A DNA stretch of 64,000 bases, taken from positions 33,728,001 to 33,792,000 of the forward strand of contig NC_088858.1 in NCBI RefSeq assembly GCF_963853765.1, written 5' to 3'. The notes beneath the pieces are model-generated. The model saw nothing but the letters and a program-made list of their open reading frames with translations, was not told the DNA's origin and did not search any database. The DNA comes from Magallana gigas (lineage: Eukaryota). A program made the translations under genes and the position numbers. Positions 38,717 to 53,556 of this stretch are shown here, piece after piece. Position 1 is the first letter of the stretch. Each line of letters opens with the position of its first letter.

Positions 38717-40977
38717 TTTTTATTCATATTGATGTTTATTTGTATGAAGTATTTATGTATCTACGCCTCAAAGCCGTTATATATGCTCTTTGTCAGGGAT
38801 ATGAATCATACAAGGAACAGCCATGTTCACATCAATTCTCTGTATGGACCAAAACTTCATGGCCACGCACTTTTTAATTTCTCTGCCTTGAAAGAGTGTT
38901 CAATATAAAGATTCTCTGTGGGTACAATCTCAGTTACCATAGCAACGACATTGAAACATTTTGCGCATGGCCAAAATTACATAACTCTTTATTATAGAGT
39001 GCCATCATATAAATAAATGGGATGCTTTCTAAATGTATGAAGGTTTGATCCTAATATTGATTTAATTTTATAAGTAAGTAATCAATTTATTTGTGCACTT
39101 AAATTGATTTCAGTGAAATGTATAAAAAACAATACCGTCGGTTTGTGTTTCATAGATTTAGCAAATAAAATAGATAAAAAGAGACACACTAAATAATACC
39201 AATTTAATTTTAAGCAAGCAATTGAAAGCTGGAATAAACATTTTTTTTTTTTAAAGATGAGACCTTGGTCTACTAAATACAACCGAATTTGGCTTGGGTT
39301 TAATTAATTTAACCAAAAGTTACTTCCCTTTGTTGATTCTTTTGTATTGAAGTGCGAAAAAGACGTCACAACAACATGGCAAAATCAGACGTTGGAAAAA
39401 CAGAGTTCTAATAGGAGGAGAAAGCATTTGATTCATTAAAGTTTTAGTGAATTTAGAGTAAGTCTTTTATGAATTGGTGAATATGAAATGAACAATGCTC
39501 TATAGGAATTCCGCTATATAAAACAATTCTGATCAAACGTACCAGAAAGATATGTCCTTTACTTGAATTTCGATAATCTGACTTACGAATCCAGCATTCA
39601 ACCAATGAAGCTAACGAGCTACCAACCTGCAACACTTAGTGGAATTTGTACATTTAAACCTGGGGTGTATTTTTTGAGAAATTCAACTATAGTTTGTCCC
39701 ATCACTTTTTGACGATTTTTAATAAAAATGCACATACCTGTGAAAGAAGTACAGTTCAAACGATGAAATGGAATATATCCAAGCTAATTCATTGACAAAT
39801 TATGACCCCTTTTCACTCATAAAAGTTTACAGGAACGAAATAAATATCTTACGAAGATTTATAATGGGAAATGTTTACATCCTTTCTCCATTCGGAAGTA
39901 CTTGGGACACCTCGCGCAATTTTTAAACGTTATCATCCGGGCTTATTAATGGCTGATGCATTGCAAATTCCCCGTAGACTTTCTATTTTGGGATATGTAT
40001 TGAAACCTGAAGCGGTAGAGGGGGTGTTTCAAAACAGATACTCTGGACATTTTTCATATTAGTGGATGAACATAGTTTGAGCACAAAGGTATTTATTATT
40101 ATCGAAACATCAAGCAAAAATTGGTGGAAGCAAAACCTCGGGACAGAGTAAAGGAGCATACTACTTGTACACTACTTTTCATCATGTTATATTTCATACC
40201 CAACTCGTTTTTCTGATGAATAGAGATTCTTTTAAAGTATAATAAGCCATCTTAATTAAGCAAGAAGTGATGTTAGTAGAAATTGTTCTAAATTAATGAG
40301 ATTGGGTACCATGACAACCAAGGAAAAATGCCTTATTTTGATGGATGGTGGGTAATATCATACCTTTTGCGTATCAATCACCTGAGAAATTTTCATGAAA
40401 ATCTGAGATGGTGTGTGCCATGGACCTACAGTAATATTTTGGTCTTTACAGAGAATTGATGTTAACATTTTATTTAGTTATTTCCATGACTAAAAAAATA
40501 GTGCCAGAAAGTTTGCCAAAAAGAAAAAAATTATCAACAAATATAACGGTTTAACGATTATTTTTTCAAAGTTACGTAAATACCAAATTGTTTATGTAAG
40601 TTTGAACGTTTCATCGAATCTAACAATATTTAATGGAATATTTAAAACGCGTGATGACGTATATGTTTGTGCTCTTTCGCCTTGAAAATGCTAACTAAAG
40701 TGTATTCACAGGAAATTGAACGTTGCAAGCATAAAGGGAAATATACAATGAATGTAAATAAAATAAATTATTATGGCTAAATGATATAATCTGCTAATTT
40801 TGTGTCATTTACTTTTAAATCATATGAAAAAAATTTAAGTGAAGTATACAGCAATGGTAAGTTATTTAACGAGGCCGGGTCTAATTTGTTCTGCCCCAGA
40901 TTTTTGAATGAAATTTTTTACATGAATTTCTACTGATATAATTTATTTATTATTTTAAGATAAAAAAATAACACATT

Positions 40978-41215
40978 TACCACACTGTTTGTTTAAGGGG
41001 TCATCTCAAAGTTTATTAATTTTTAACATAGGACTCTATGGGATTTTGCTTGAAATGTATCTATTTTGCAAATTTTTAACATTTTTTTTAAACTTCTGCC
41101 CTAGAGATTTCTTTTACGTTCTACATATCAAATTTGTTGCTAAAAGGCATCAAATGGTCAAATAAAAAACCCTTTTACCACCTGGTTTGTTCAAGGGGTC
41201 TTATCAAAGTTGGTT
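40978..41215. repeat. Degenerate tandem repeat, period ~197 bp
   Basis: TACCACACTGTTTGTTTAAGGGGTCATCTCAAAGTT recurs as TACCACCTGGTTTGTTCAAGGGGTCTTATCAAAGTT. Confidence 0.45.
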
Positions 41216-41401
41216 TTTGTATGCCCAATTTCCCAGATTTGTCGGATAATGGCTATTTTTTATTTGACAAAGGCGGAAATGGTGATTTTTATTGTATTAT
41301 TAAAACATTCAGACATATTTAGGTAATAAATAAATATATAACATTACATATTAAGGGTCATAAATATAAAATACATGGTTACTGTCTTGAAATATATTAA
41401 T

Positions 41402-41494
41402 TAAGCTATATTTAGGCGGGTGAAGAAAACGTGACATAGGGCTAGGCTTGCTGAACCCTCTTCACGTTTTCGACCCGAGCCCAAATATAGCTTA
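41402..41494. repeat. Short hairpin element (~35-bp arms, GC-rich loop)
   Basis: TAAGCTATATTTAGGCGGGTGAAGAAAACGTGA pairs with TCACGTTTTCGACCCGAGCCCAAATATAGCTTA. Confidence 0.6.
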
Positions 41495-44202
41495 TATAAT
41501 TCGAGACATTTATGTTTATTCCACAATATAATTATCAATTTTACGCACCAAACGTGCTATTTTCAACAAATTTCGCTGAATATCTGCAGTTGAAACTATC
41601 ACGCCATGGCGTCAACCAAGCAAAAAGATGACTTCACAATACAAATGAAATGCTGCGCGAAAGCATGCGTACTCGATCTGTACTCGGCCTCGTTAAATTA
41701 ATTACTTCAAAACTCAAGATATCTGTGTATTTGGCTTCCTGTTTCTAAGCTCATCAACATTCATGAGAGAATTCAGATTTCAATTTTTATTGACTGAAAA
41801 CCGATCGCTATGCCTCCTCTTTCAGCTTCATGGGGATCGGACAAGTGAGTAGTTCAGTTAAGTAAATTGAACCAATCACAAAGAATCCCCGCAAAGGACG
41901 GCAAATGTTTAAGTTATACTTGTTTAGAAAATATCTGTCACTGGCAAACGTATTGCTTTATATGACGATTTTGTAGCGTTGACTACACAATGCATCTTAA
42001 TCATCTTTCTCTCTCTCTCTCTCTGAACTCTCTGAACTTCTTTACCGCTTTCACCATGTCTGAGCTTTTGATGTTAAGCAAATCGATAGCAAACTCTATG
42101 TTATTACTAATAATATATTTGCTCAATACATACAGCGCATACATAAAGGTGTCGAGAAGGATTCATATTAAGATCTCGTCGATCATTCGATGACGCCATC
42201 CTTTGCTTTGAACTGTACAATGAAATATCAAAATACTAATAAATACTAATAATTCATTTCTGTCAAAACAAAACTAATGATACTGTATTTTGGTCTACCA
42301 AACAATAAAATTCACCAGGACTGATTTTTTCATACTCCAACTTAACAAACATCTTTCAATTTGTATTCAAAATGCAAACATTGCCAAATAAAATCGATCC
42401 TTTTTCCTGTCCCAAGTTTGAGTTTGCCATAATCTCTAACACAGTAAAATTGCAAATAGGATGCCACATAAACTATAGTAAAACCAAATTCCGAATATAA
42501 CCGAAACCTCGTTTGGCTTTAAAGTTTTAACTGACCCATATTCACACACTGGACACATCATAAAGGATAGAGAACCTAAACATTCTGGCACTTTGCCATC
42601 CTTACCTATTATGAACCTAGTTTGTCTACTATATGCACAGCATTAGAGAAATTTTATTGTATTACTCTATCTAAACAGTTGTCAGTCTCTTGTCCCAGTT
42701 AAAATCGGGACACTTGATTGCTTCAGTTTTTGCAGCTCAAAATAAACATTTACTGTTTAATCTGGTATATGTAGCTATTTGAAAGAAGCATCTGATAAAT
42801 CAAATCCATTAACAAATGACAGTATATATATATATCATAAATAGATGTCTTAGGAAATTCGTGAACTCAGATCCATACTTGTTGAAAAACCAATTTATCT
42901 AGCTGTTGTATTTATTTATTTATTTTTTTAAACTGCCATTAATATTCCTTTTTAACGATAGAATCTTTCAAAAAGAGTCACTTGAGAGCTTTTCATTAAT
43001 CTTCACTACAAACTTCCCGTGGATATCGATGAACAAAACAAGACAAAAATAAATAAATAATTCATACCAGCTTGGAAAATTGCAATGTGGGGGGGGGGGG
43101 GGGGTCTCTACGTAAAGGGGTAGGACTGCAATAAACAGAATGGTGTTTTAATTAATTCGAAACAAAGACATACAATATTATCCCCATGTTAACTGCAATA
43201 AGCAATTACACTTTGCATTGAATTCAAAAGTGATTTTAATTCAAACATTAGTGCTAAAAAATAAGTATATTAAGTATAGGAATTGATCCTCTGAGACAAC
43301 ATGCTCACGGCAGATACCCTCTCACATCGCTGGGACTTTTTGTGTTTGCAGGTCATCTTGCTCATTTTCTGTGTAAGAAGTTCTCTAGATCTGGACTCAA
43401 TTAATCGTTTGAGTGTCAACGATGAAAGTAAACTGACTGTAGTTTTTAATATCCGGAAAATGAATTTCCCAATCAAATGAATGAAATTATAAGTAATACA
43501 GTATATTTCGCGATCGTCTCCGCTGCGGCTCCGTACTTCCAATGTTCATCCTAACGAATTCTTAGGCCACATTGGACTGTTTGCAGCTGAATACACCCAC
43601 CCCTCCGCCGGAAATATTCGATCACTTCTTTAATTAGAACGTAATGGTGATAAAGAAATGTTTCAACTGAGCTAAAATTTCGTATAGGACATTTATTTTA
43701 ATGATTTCTTTTTTTTGGTCCTTCTCAAATTAACCCACTGCCATGTTTAAAACTACATTACATACTTATGCCACAGCCATCTCGATATATCCGCTCTTTG
43801 GCATATCCGACAACCCATTTGCAAGCAAGATAACGATTATTTATATTAATAGCATCTTAATGGCTGTTTTTTCGGGGCTTTTCCACTCGTGAAAAATGTC
43901 TAATCAGGAATTGCAGTGATGATTGGACAAGGAATTAATAAGTGTATTCACCGACCACCAGTAAATGGTTTTTGTTTTCAATTTTTTTAAAGATATTAAA
44001 ATAAATGCCAATCTTTCATAGTTGACAGTCATCGTGATATCATACATCTATCTGGTCCACGGATATTTACTACAAGGTACAGTTGGTATCTTTTTACTTC
44101 TTGAGAAAAATTACTCTTATAACATATGACTATTAGCAGTTAGCACCACACAAAATTGTGAAATTCAAAATTGTCCTGAACTCAGTCGAAAATAGAAATA
44201 GA

Positions 44203-44205
<3 letters not shown>

Positions 44206-44263
<58 letters not shown>
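44206..44263. repeat. (TC)n microsatellite
   Basis: Perfect run, 58 nt. Confidence 0.97.
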
Positions 44264-44265
<2 letters not shown>

Positions 44266-47200
44266 GATTTATAATTCAGAAAAACTGCAGCTGGGAGGAC
44301 AAGTCAAAGAAACAAAATCTTAAATCTATCTAAGAGTTGTCTCTCTTTATCTGTTATATTTGCTCAGGTCTTGGGGGGGGGGGGGGGGGTCGCTATCTTA
44401 CATACTGTGTACTGGGCCTATATATCATTATCATCCAATTCCCTTCCTATCTTATTTGTTCTGTTTAAATATGACGATGTGCTTGCACGTTTACATTGAT
44501 AAGTAATGTGATTTTTTAACAGGAAAAATCTTGACAAGCGAAAAAAAAGTATAATTCAAAACTCATAAAAACCCCAATCCGTGGAAGGAGGGAGGGAGAG
44601 GTAAGATACATATTACTTTTATTTCACAGTTATTTTGAATTTATTATTTTCACTTTAATTTTATACTTGCTTCCAAAAAAGTCTGGGTTGGGGACCTTCA
44701 TTATATTTAAACTTTCTATATGTGAATTTAAGAAAATTTTGCCTGCGAGAAAAAGTGATGCTACATGTACATGCCTGCTTAAAATCTAGATCTACTTGCA
44801 TTTTATTTTTACTAATGTGTGTTCAGGCATGAAAATGTACATTTGTTCTTGAAAAATAAGTAAAATTTGAGAGAAAAAAAGGAAATTCATTAAATAAATG
44901 AATCACAAATGAGTTAATTCTTTTTAATTCATGAATCAATGGATCTATATTTCCTCTTCACAAAGAAAAATCAAAAAAGATAATTTATGAGCCTTGGAAC
45001 AAGATATATCATCGGGCACGGCCTTCCAGACCTTTTCAGTGTGTTTGGGTAAAATTGTTTTATCCCATATGCTGTACCACTTTGTCACCTTCTCTCTGTT
45101 TTTTTCTCTTTCTTTATCATAACGCCTGTTTTGTGACAGTCTGTAATTTCAACAACTAGTAGAATACATCATGCCACTAATAATGTAATTATAGCCTCCC
45201 CTGGAGCCTAGCACGTCTAAAAATCTGACATTAATTTTACGCATTTACTTTCCTTTTTTGCAGCTCTGGAAAGGATAAAGCTGTGAGTAAATTTTACTAT
45301 ATTGTTGATCTGAAAAGAGAGAATGAAATACGAATATTGATTATGAGAATGATTATGACGTGATTATCCGCCGTCTTATTCGCACTAACAAGGTTTCATT
45401 TGCAAACTTCTTCGTGGAACGAAAGGCCTAATTACAAGTTGGTGAGGCTCTTCAAGACTACAGACGCAATTTAAAATTTTAAATAAACGTCTATTTTATA
45501 TGATTTACAATGTTTAAGTTCGAAAATGGGAGTAATTCTATACACGATTTCATCATCTTAATTCAATGTCTTCTATATTCTTTGAACACAGTCAAATACT
45601 CCTGAATTCTTTTTTGTTGAGCATATTCATGAAATCAGCAGTTTATTGAATCAAGAGAACGTATCCTCGAAATTGTGAATTACAAGAAATCCTTGAATGT
45701 TGCTGCCGTTGAATAACAAAATGAAATCGTACACAAACTATTGTATAGAAAGAATCCAAAATATATAAAATTTCGAATTTGAATAATTTCTTAAATCTTT
45801 GATTAATATAGTCTAATAGTCTAAAACTGGACACTAAACAGCTGCTTAACGGCCACCCATCCCTCTTTATCGTAACGGTTACACGTTCATATGCAATTAA
45901 TACTCTATAGAGTATTACATATACCTAAAATCTTCTTACTTTGTTCTAAAAATGATAAAGATTTGTCATAAGGAGTGAAAAAGATCTGAAAAAACCATTG
46001 ACAGAATTAAATAAATGCCTTTCTATTTTGGAGGCGCGCCAGATTGTGACGCACATGACAATATCATACATATTCCATGTGTGCAATACTTGTCCAATCA
46101 AACTGAAATTTCTCTCAAAGATATGGACTCAAGGGAGTGAAAATAAATATAGATATGGCGGTGCAAATCAAGGAATGTCTCCTATAATCTTTCTTCCCTT
46201 TTATGAATTTTCTTCTTTCGTTAATTGATAAAATCTCTAGAGAGAAGCAAATAATGAAATTGACAATGAAATGTACCCCCTCCACACACACACTTAAACA
46301 CTTGTCTATTATAATTATGGTTATTCCGACCAAACTACCTGACCCAACGGTTAAAGAAATTCTGCCCACATCGACTTTTTATTATATGTTTAAGATTATA
46401 GGGTGTCCACATAATGTTGAAAATTCCATACCATTAACAAAGGGCTTCATTTGGGCCATCTTCGCTAGCCAATGGATTACATTACTATCCAAAGTAAACC
46501 CTTGGCCAGTTAAAACATTTTTGGATAATCAGTGTTGTAATAGCCATCGATATTGTGCATAAAAAGTATTGCCTATTGATTGTATCCGAGTGTTTTGATG
46601 CATACACTTGAAACATGTATGCATTAACATACTTGACGAGAAGAAAACTTGCAATGCAGGAATCCAAATTGCGTTACACAGAATCTACCATGCTTAGCAC
46701 TGCAAGACTTGAGAGGATTTTGTTCGTAACATTGGCCAAAGTGAACTGATCAATTTCTATGTTTCTCTTGGGAGTCAGTTGACTACGTAATTGGATGAAC
46801 GCTATAAAATGAAGATTTGTTTCTCGCCATTACAATGCAATTGCGTGAAAATAAGAAAATTGAACGTTCTCGTCCGCCGCTTCTTTTTTATCCAAATCAA
46901 ATGCGAGATAATATTTCATGATTTTTTCTCTCTTTATGCACACCTTTAGTAGATATTGCAACTTTAATGTGTTCTGTCACGTTGATCGGTTTCTCTTCGG
47001 TGCACGTGATGCCGGGGTATTTGAATTTTGGTTTACTCGATATTTAAAAAAGGTCATTCTGCTACAACAAAACGGGTTCTCATTTTATGATCAGAATTAA
47101 TTCATTTGTCGACACGTTTGAATACACCAATTGATAAAAACGGAATGACTTTGCGATTGAAGTGCTTGAAAAACCTTTTTTTCCTCCGTTACAATTGAAT

Positions 47201-49874
47201 CTTTCATAAGCTCATTTAAAAAAGTGTATAGGGCTGAGTATCTTCGATTCCTTGGCAGAGAAATTACAGCAGAGAACGACCGTTAAGCAATTGTGTGTGC
47301 TAACATTTATCGAATCCAGCAATTAGAAATAAAAGATGCATTCATCAGTGGAATAAGGATAATGCCACAAATGACCAAAATGGAATTAAAGTTAAATACT
47401 CTATTACATTCATTATATTACTGAATTCTGCCTTGTTAACCAGAAGAAAACATGCATTTGATTGAGCTCATGTTATAATGAGGGCATTCTTCATCTGTGC
47501 GTTACATGTACGTCTGATGTCCATTGACCACGCGGTACTCTTACAATTTGTATGGCACAGTCGCGAAGGATTAACGCAGAGAGAAAGAGAACAAGATGTG
47601 GTCGATCCCTTTGTTGAACACGTACACTCGAACTTGGCCAGAGTATGCTAAGACCTTGAACTAGATTTGACTGGATGGTCAACAATTTGTGCCTATCAGA
47701 TTTACTGTAGAATTTAAAAAACGATGTTTTTAGTCATAAACAATTGTTACATTAGTATTTAGAAAAGAAAAAATCCATTTTTTTAATTTCAGTGTAAGAT
47801 TTTTCTCTATTATCTTTATACAAAAATCTTCTTCATAAGGAGATCAATGTATAATCATGTTTGGTAATAGGATTTATAAAGACTCCATCTGTCTAGAGAT
47901 TAATTAAAGGCGGATAACGTTATAAATAGAACGTCAGAAAGGACGGAAAAGACGACAAACCAACAATTGATTGACTACATAAACATTCTACCAAACTACT
48001 AATTCTGACATACAGAGTGAATATTATCACCTTATTCCAGGAATATTCGTCCAAATCGTTTGAAGGAAAAAAGATTAAACATGCAAAGCCTTAATCTTTC
48101 CGAAGATGGGCACTAACAGCTTTCATTGTTTGCTATCTACATATTGTACATGTAGATATAATCGATCCCAGACGCTGTGGGTACGTGAAGTATCTGAACA
48201 CGAACCCTGGAAACATGACTTTTTACTTGGTTCTCAGAATATTAAAAAAATTGTATACAAAAAACTGTATGTCAGTATTTTTTACAGGAGGATCTGATGG
48301 TTAATCCGAGGACCACCCATCCTCGAGCTCCTGATTTATTTTTTGCATGCATCCTAGCCTTGCTCTGTTTTTAACAAAGCAGTCCGACATTTCCGTAGCC
48401 CCCCCCCCCCCTTCTTCAGGAGACTCATATTCAAGGTCTTTGTTAGCCTTGTATTTGTGGTTCTGCTAGATGTGACATGCTCCTGCTTGCATTCTGCATG
48501 AAAGTACTTTCTTTTCCTCGGAACAATCCAAAACATCTGATAAACACATTTATTCTTATAAACAAGCAGAATTACCTTACTTCTATTTTTACAAAAATGA
48601 ATTCAAATTTCGTATCTCAAGTCATGACCATGCCTCTTAAACAGTTGGAGAATAATTACTAGTAAATGACATCAAAGACTACCAAATATGAGCGTCGGAA
48701 CAGTCTTGCATAAACACATGTACGTACGGACCGTGGGTAAACTAGCTGAATTTTGCTCGTTCACATGAATAATTCATGCTTTACTCGGTAGCATCTTTAC
48801 ACTTTTGTTAAGGAAATCACAACTATCGCGTTAATGCTTCTATAATGCATTTATCAACAACTGCATGTTTTCATAATTTGGCTTTCATTTTCATACAATG
48901 ACCTTCGGAAAACTACTAAAAGGTTTTCGCTTTCTCATTTGGAAATTGAGAATAAAAAAATATTCAAGAAAAAACGAGAAAAGTTATCACCGTAAATAAA
49001 TCGACACTCGGTCATTAAGAGTATCCCTGGAATTCCGACATTGAAATTTGTATCACCTGCATGTTATTAGTTTTTAAGATATCGATATAGATACATACAA
49101 ATAAAAGAAGGATAAGAGAAAGATTTTAATTTTTTCAACTCTAAATGTTCCTTTAAGTGATATCAAATTTCAAGTTATTGTTCCGAATTAAGCTTAATTT
49201 TTTTTTTTAATAACATAACTCCAAGTCAAAAAAAATATCCAAAAGATCTTGTAAACAGCATTATGTAAAATCAACTTTGCATGCGTTATGTTCAGCGAAC
49301 ATATCTCCGAGTCACTTAACCCTGAATGATAAAAAGTCTACTTTAAACAGGAAATCCATAGAGTAAGCCGTCTTAAAATAAACAAGATGCAAGATTTACT
49401 GCAAAGATACTCAAGAACAACATGTTGTCTAAACAACAAAACAAATTTCTTTTGACGCAGACTCTTGACAATTTATTGGGATATAAAGAAAGTTGCGGAA
49501 GAGGTGGGCTACCTCCACTTTATTTGTTCTAAAGGAGAAGGATTTCTCCTGATTAAACAGCGGAGAATAACACGGATTAGACAAAATGCACCAGACAACA
49601 GCAATTCTACTTAACGACCAAGTTATCTTCAGCATAAGCGTATAAACCTAATAGTGACATTTGCACTCCGAATGTTTTTACATTATACTGGTGTATTTGG
49701 TTTCTCTCGGTCATTCAGTTCCATAGATCGATAGAACCGAGACCTGCGACATAATCGCTATCCGACTGTCTTTAGATATGAAAATGTCTCTTAAAACTAT
49801 TTTTTCGATGACACTTTAACGGCTTCTAAGCGCTTAAATAAAAAACCATCTGTTCACGAGGGAAAGATCGTTAT

Positions 49875-49875
<1 letters not shown>

Positions 49876-49908
<33 letters not shown>
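49876..49908 (+). repeat. Poly(A) tract, 33 nt
   Basis: Direct inspection. Confidence 0.95.
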
Positions 49909-49912
<4 letters not shown>

Positions 49913-51482
49913 CAGAGATACGAAAGATAACATATATTGCGTAAGAATGAGTGTTTATGGCTGTTCTCCTAAGTGCTGTATATTGAACATGTGTGGCGTA
50001 CTTGAATTGCTCGAAAATTGTTTTGTTATTGAAATATAATAAAAGATTTGCGTTTGCATCAATGTCAATACAATACGCAGATGCTGGCGAGGTGAACAAA
50101 TACATCATAATATAGGAAAAGCCCTACTGTCGTCCTTCTATATATGAGACTAATGGGGCTGGTTGCGTAATACTTGCACACATAATTCAATTTTAAATTT
50201 TACTTTCATTCATATAAATGATTGTACTACAGTGATATGGCTTATATCACATTCAGAATGCAGAGGCAAAACTTCTATTTCGAAAATCATGACAACGAAG
50301 ACCGAAAAGTGAATAAAAGCTGCGAAATGCGGCCATTAATCTCCCAATATTTGATTGTCATCTTTCGTTAAAATGGGTTTTCTTTCCTATGCTTAACGAT
50401 TAATTGAAAGAGAACGGAAGTTCCGCGGTAACGAGACCAGAAAATGTGTCGAGGGATCCAGTGGCTTCGTAAACCATGCAGGAACAAAACTATCAAATGT
50501 GTGTTGCCTGCTCATAAATCAAAATTACACGATAGAGAAGTGTGCTGTGGGTTGACGGTTTAATGAAAAGGGTTTGGTTTGTTGGACGCAATTGGAAATT
50601 ATTTCGACAAAAATACATTTATCTGCTATAAAACAATTGACATCATTATGTAATATAGAAAGTTTTTTTTGAAAACGGTTTGATATTTCAAACTCCTCGT
50701 TGCAATGATCTTAAGCCATGATCACTGTGGAATAGATACACGTTTTCATAAAGCCATTGCTTTTGCATCGTTTCTTCAATGTTATCAATGTCAGACCAAA
50801 TAAAAAAACAGAAAACCAAAGGAAACGGACTGGGGAAAAAGATAATTTTGTATGATTTTGGTTAATTGATAACGGTGTATGTATCTTTCTTCAATGGTAA
50901 CTGGAAATGAAATAATACATGTTTACAATATGCGTCCATTAAAACGGATTGCAATCATACGGAAGCCATTTAATGGCAGGTGAAAAAAATGATTTACCTG
51001 TCGGAAGCCAGATAAGTACATGTGCTTTATACCCTAAAACCATATACACTATTTCTTCTGGAACTCGATTATACTCGATTTGATATCTAGTTCATACCCG
51101 AGTTTGAATCGAGTTCGACTCTCGCTCTTAGGTGGGTCAAAACTCTTCAACATTGAGGCGAAGGTATTGTTGTATCAAAATTACAAATTGGCAACAAGTG
51201 GGAGTGATGAAAACTGTAAAATTAAGTACAATACACATACTTTAACAATTTTGAAGTACATGTATTGAGTTATCAGTCAAATTTACGAAAATTAAGCTTC
51301 AACTATAGATGAATGTCAACAATCGAACACGAGGAACAGATTTAAAAAAAAGATTTGGCATTTCACAATTTTCTTTAAAAATGTTTGCGTGCAAAATGGA
51401 CAAGACGTCTAGATAAGATTTATATTTCTCTCGGGTGTTGACAATTATGACTAATAAAAGTTTTTGACAGTCAATAATTTAT

Positions 51483-51848
51483 TTATCCATCAATTAATAA
51501 TGTTTGCATGCTCTTAAAAATCGTTTGTAATTCAATCATACACTGTAATAATATACTTGCATCAATTAGATTTCTTTTAACAGCCGTCAAAACTTTTGCA
51601 ACTATCTCATGTACTGTTGTCACACCAACAGCAAACGTATTCCGAACTTCTCGCAAGCTTTCCTGGGTTGCCATATACCAAAGGAAAACGAGCAACTGTT
51701 TTCCGTTACAACTGGTTCAGAACCACCTAGTCGTAGATTTTTGTGAAACACGTAATATTTCATTTCATATGAGGTTAAAAATTTCAGTACTTGCCCAAAA
51801 GTGTCTCAATAATTGTTTGCTATAAAGTTCAGGGACATAACTTCTGAA
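51483..51848 (-). pseudogene. Decayed PIF/Harbinger (HARBI1-like) transposase, N-terminal HTH region
   Basis: SYVPELYSKQLLRHF...FNLI*...GGSEPVVTE/KQLLVFLWYMATQESLREVRNTFAVGVTTVHEIVAKVLTAV matches the Harbinger pattern P.Y...F..HFR...GG...I..EKQLL.FLWYLA..ES.R....F.V..STV..IV; stops and frameshifts present. Confidence 0.8.
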
Positions 51849-52214
51849 AAACCGATTAACCTCGGGTTAAGACACCACTTTTGAAGAAAAAGGTGAACAC
51901 ATGCTTTGACATTGATTGTTTCACTAAAAGGGTTCACATTTATCGGAAATAAATAATTCATGAATTGAGTGTTTATAAACGTTACTTGAGGCAATGAATT
52001 GTTTTTGTCTTTAGTTAGATTATGCGCGCGCATCAAGAGTTAGGTGTCTATAGAGTTACAATAGAAAAAAATATCATTAAAAACAAACCGTACCGTTCCA
52101 TGCAAAACTCGAGCCAAACCGTTCACAAAACGAACAGTTATTATAATGTTTCGTCCAAAAATACGTACCTTTCCGTTCAAGAACCATACCGCAACGTCCC
52201 GTTAAGAAGCTTTT

Positions 52215-52960
52215 AAATCTTCGTCCCTCACCGTCCATCATCCGTCAATATTTAATAATTTAAATTTTTTTAACTTCCACTTGAAAACTACAAGGCCAAT
52301 GGTTACTGTTTTTGTTGTGAAGCATCTCTACATGTATGATAAGAGGAATCTAAATTGTGAAATTCATGACCGTACCAACCCACCGACCTCAGCATGGGCT
52401 AGACCAAATTAAAAAAAAAAGGCAAAATTTTCAAAAAACTTCTTCTGTACTTCCACACATGTGGGAAAAAACCCTAAATGCATGGTTATGATGTCCTTGA
52501 ACCCTTTAATTAATTTAATAAAATGAAAATTTTTTTAGCCCCATGGTCAAAGGCTAACTTGAAGACTTTTACAGCGGAGCCAAATGGCTACACATTTGTA
52601 TGATAAAATGTATCAAATCTTAGAAAATCTTCTCTACGCTTATAAATTATGAGGTCCAAAAAGCCCTCTACCTAAATTGTAAAATTCATGGCCTCAGAAT
52701 CATGAGTTCAGGCTGTATGGGGTGGGGCTACAAGGCCATATAGCGAAAATGAGTTTAATGTTAGAAATCTTCTCTCTTATGATATCTATTTGAGAAAACA
52801 CTTGATGCATGATTATAATGGCCATGAAGCAATGGCCAATATGCCCAAAAGTAAAAAATGTTTGAAATTTTTCTTCTGTACTTTCATAGCAATGGGAGAT
52901 AAAGTAAATTTTTTTATGTCTTTAATGTCCTCTTCTTAAATTGTGAAATTCACTGTCCAA
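52215..52960 (+). repeat. Degenerate ~150-170 bp tandem array, Helentron/HINE-type internal repeats
   Basis: CGTC-type microsatellite remnant at the start; recurring anchors AAATTGT(G/A)AAATTC (52352, 52673, 52939), AAA(T)CTTCT and GCATG.TTAT.ATG.CC. Confidence 0.55.
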
Positions 52961-53020
52961 GGGGGGGGGGGGGGGGGGTTGACGATAAACATGGCCATAT
53001 TATTATTAATAAACATGTAG

Positions 53021-53556
53021 TTTATTAGGTCACTTGAGTCGCTCGGGTAACCTTTTGCCGTTGGATGAGCGTTGTCTGTAAACTATTTTGCATTTCTAGC
53101 TTCATCTTGAAATCTACAAGGTAAATTGTCACTTGGTCATATTAAATTAAATATATGTTTTATTTTTTGGAATCTTCTTTAATTTACTGTGCATTGTTTT
53201 TTTACTTGTAGCAATAACTTTACGCACGATTTGTGCGTTATAAATGAAATACTAGTAAGTATGAATATTTTAAAAGATTGACCAATAAAGGTCTGCATGT
53301 CTCTTTCTACCAAAAGTTTACAGTTTTTGCCCCTGGAGCTATGGTGCAGATAATCCAAGATTTCTCCGATTACTCCCCATCCAACCCCTTTATAAATTAA
53401 TGCTTGCAAACATCAAATAATAAATTAAAGCAGGCTAACAGTCAGTGTAGTTTCGAATAAGTGTTTAGACTCCTAAATAATGCATGAGACTCCCTGGCAG
53501 GTCCATCTCAGGGCTTTGGTACTAAGGTGATCATCAAGGCCTACGGGCCTCTTGTT
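53021..53556 (+). mobile_element. Helentron-associated non-autonomous element (HINE/DINE-like)
   Basis: 5' TTTATTAGGTCACTTGAGTCGCTCGGGTAACC hairpin, 3' subterminal AGGTGATC, terminal hairpin AGGCCTACGGGCCT followed by CTTGTT; this architecture is typical of HINEs. Confidence 0.75.
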
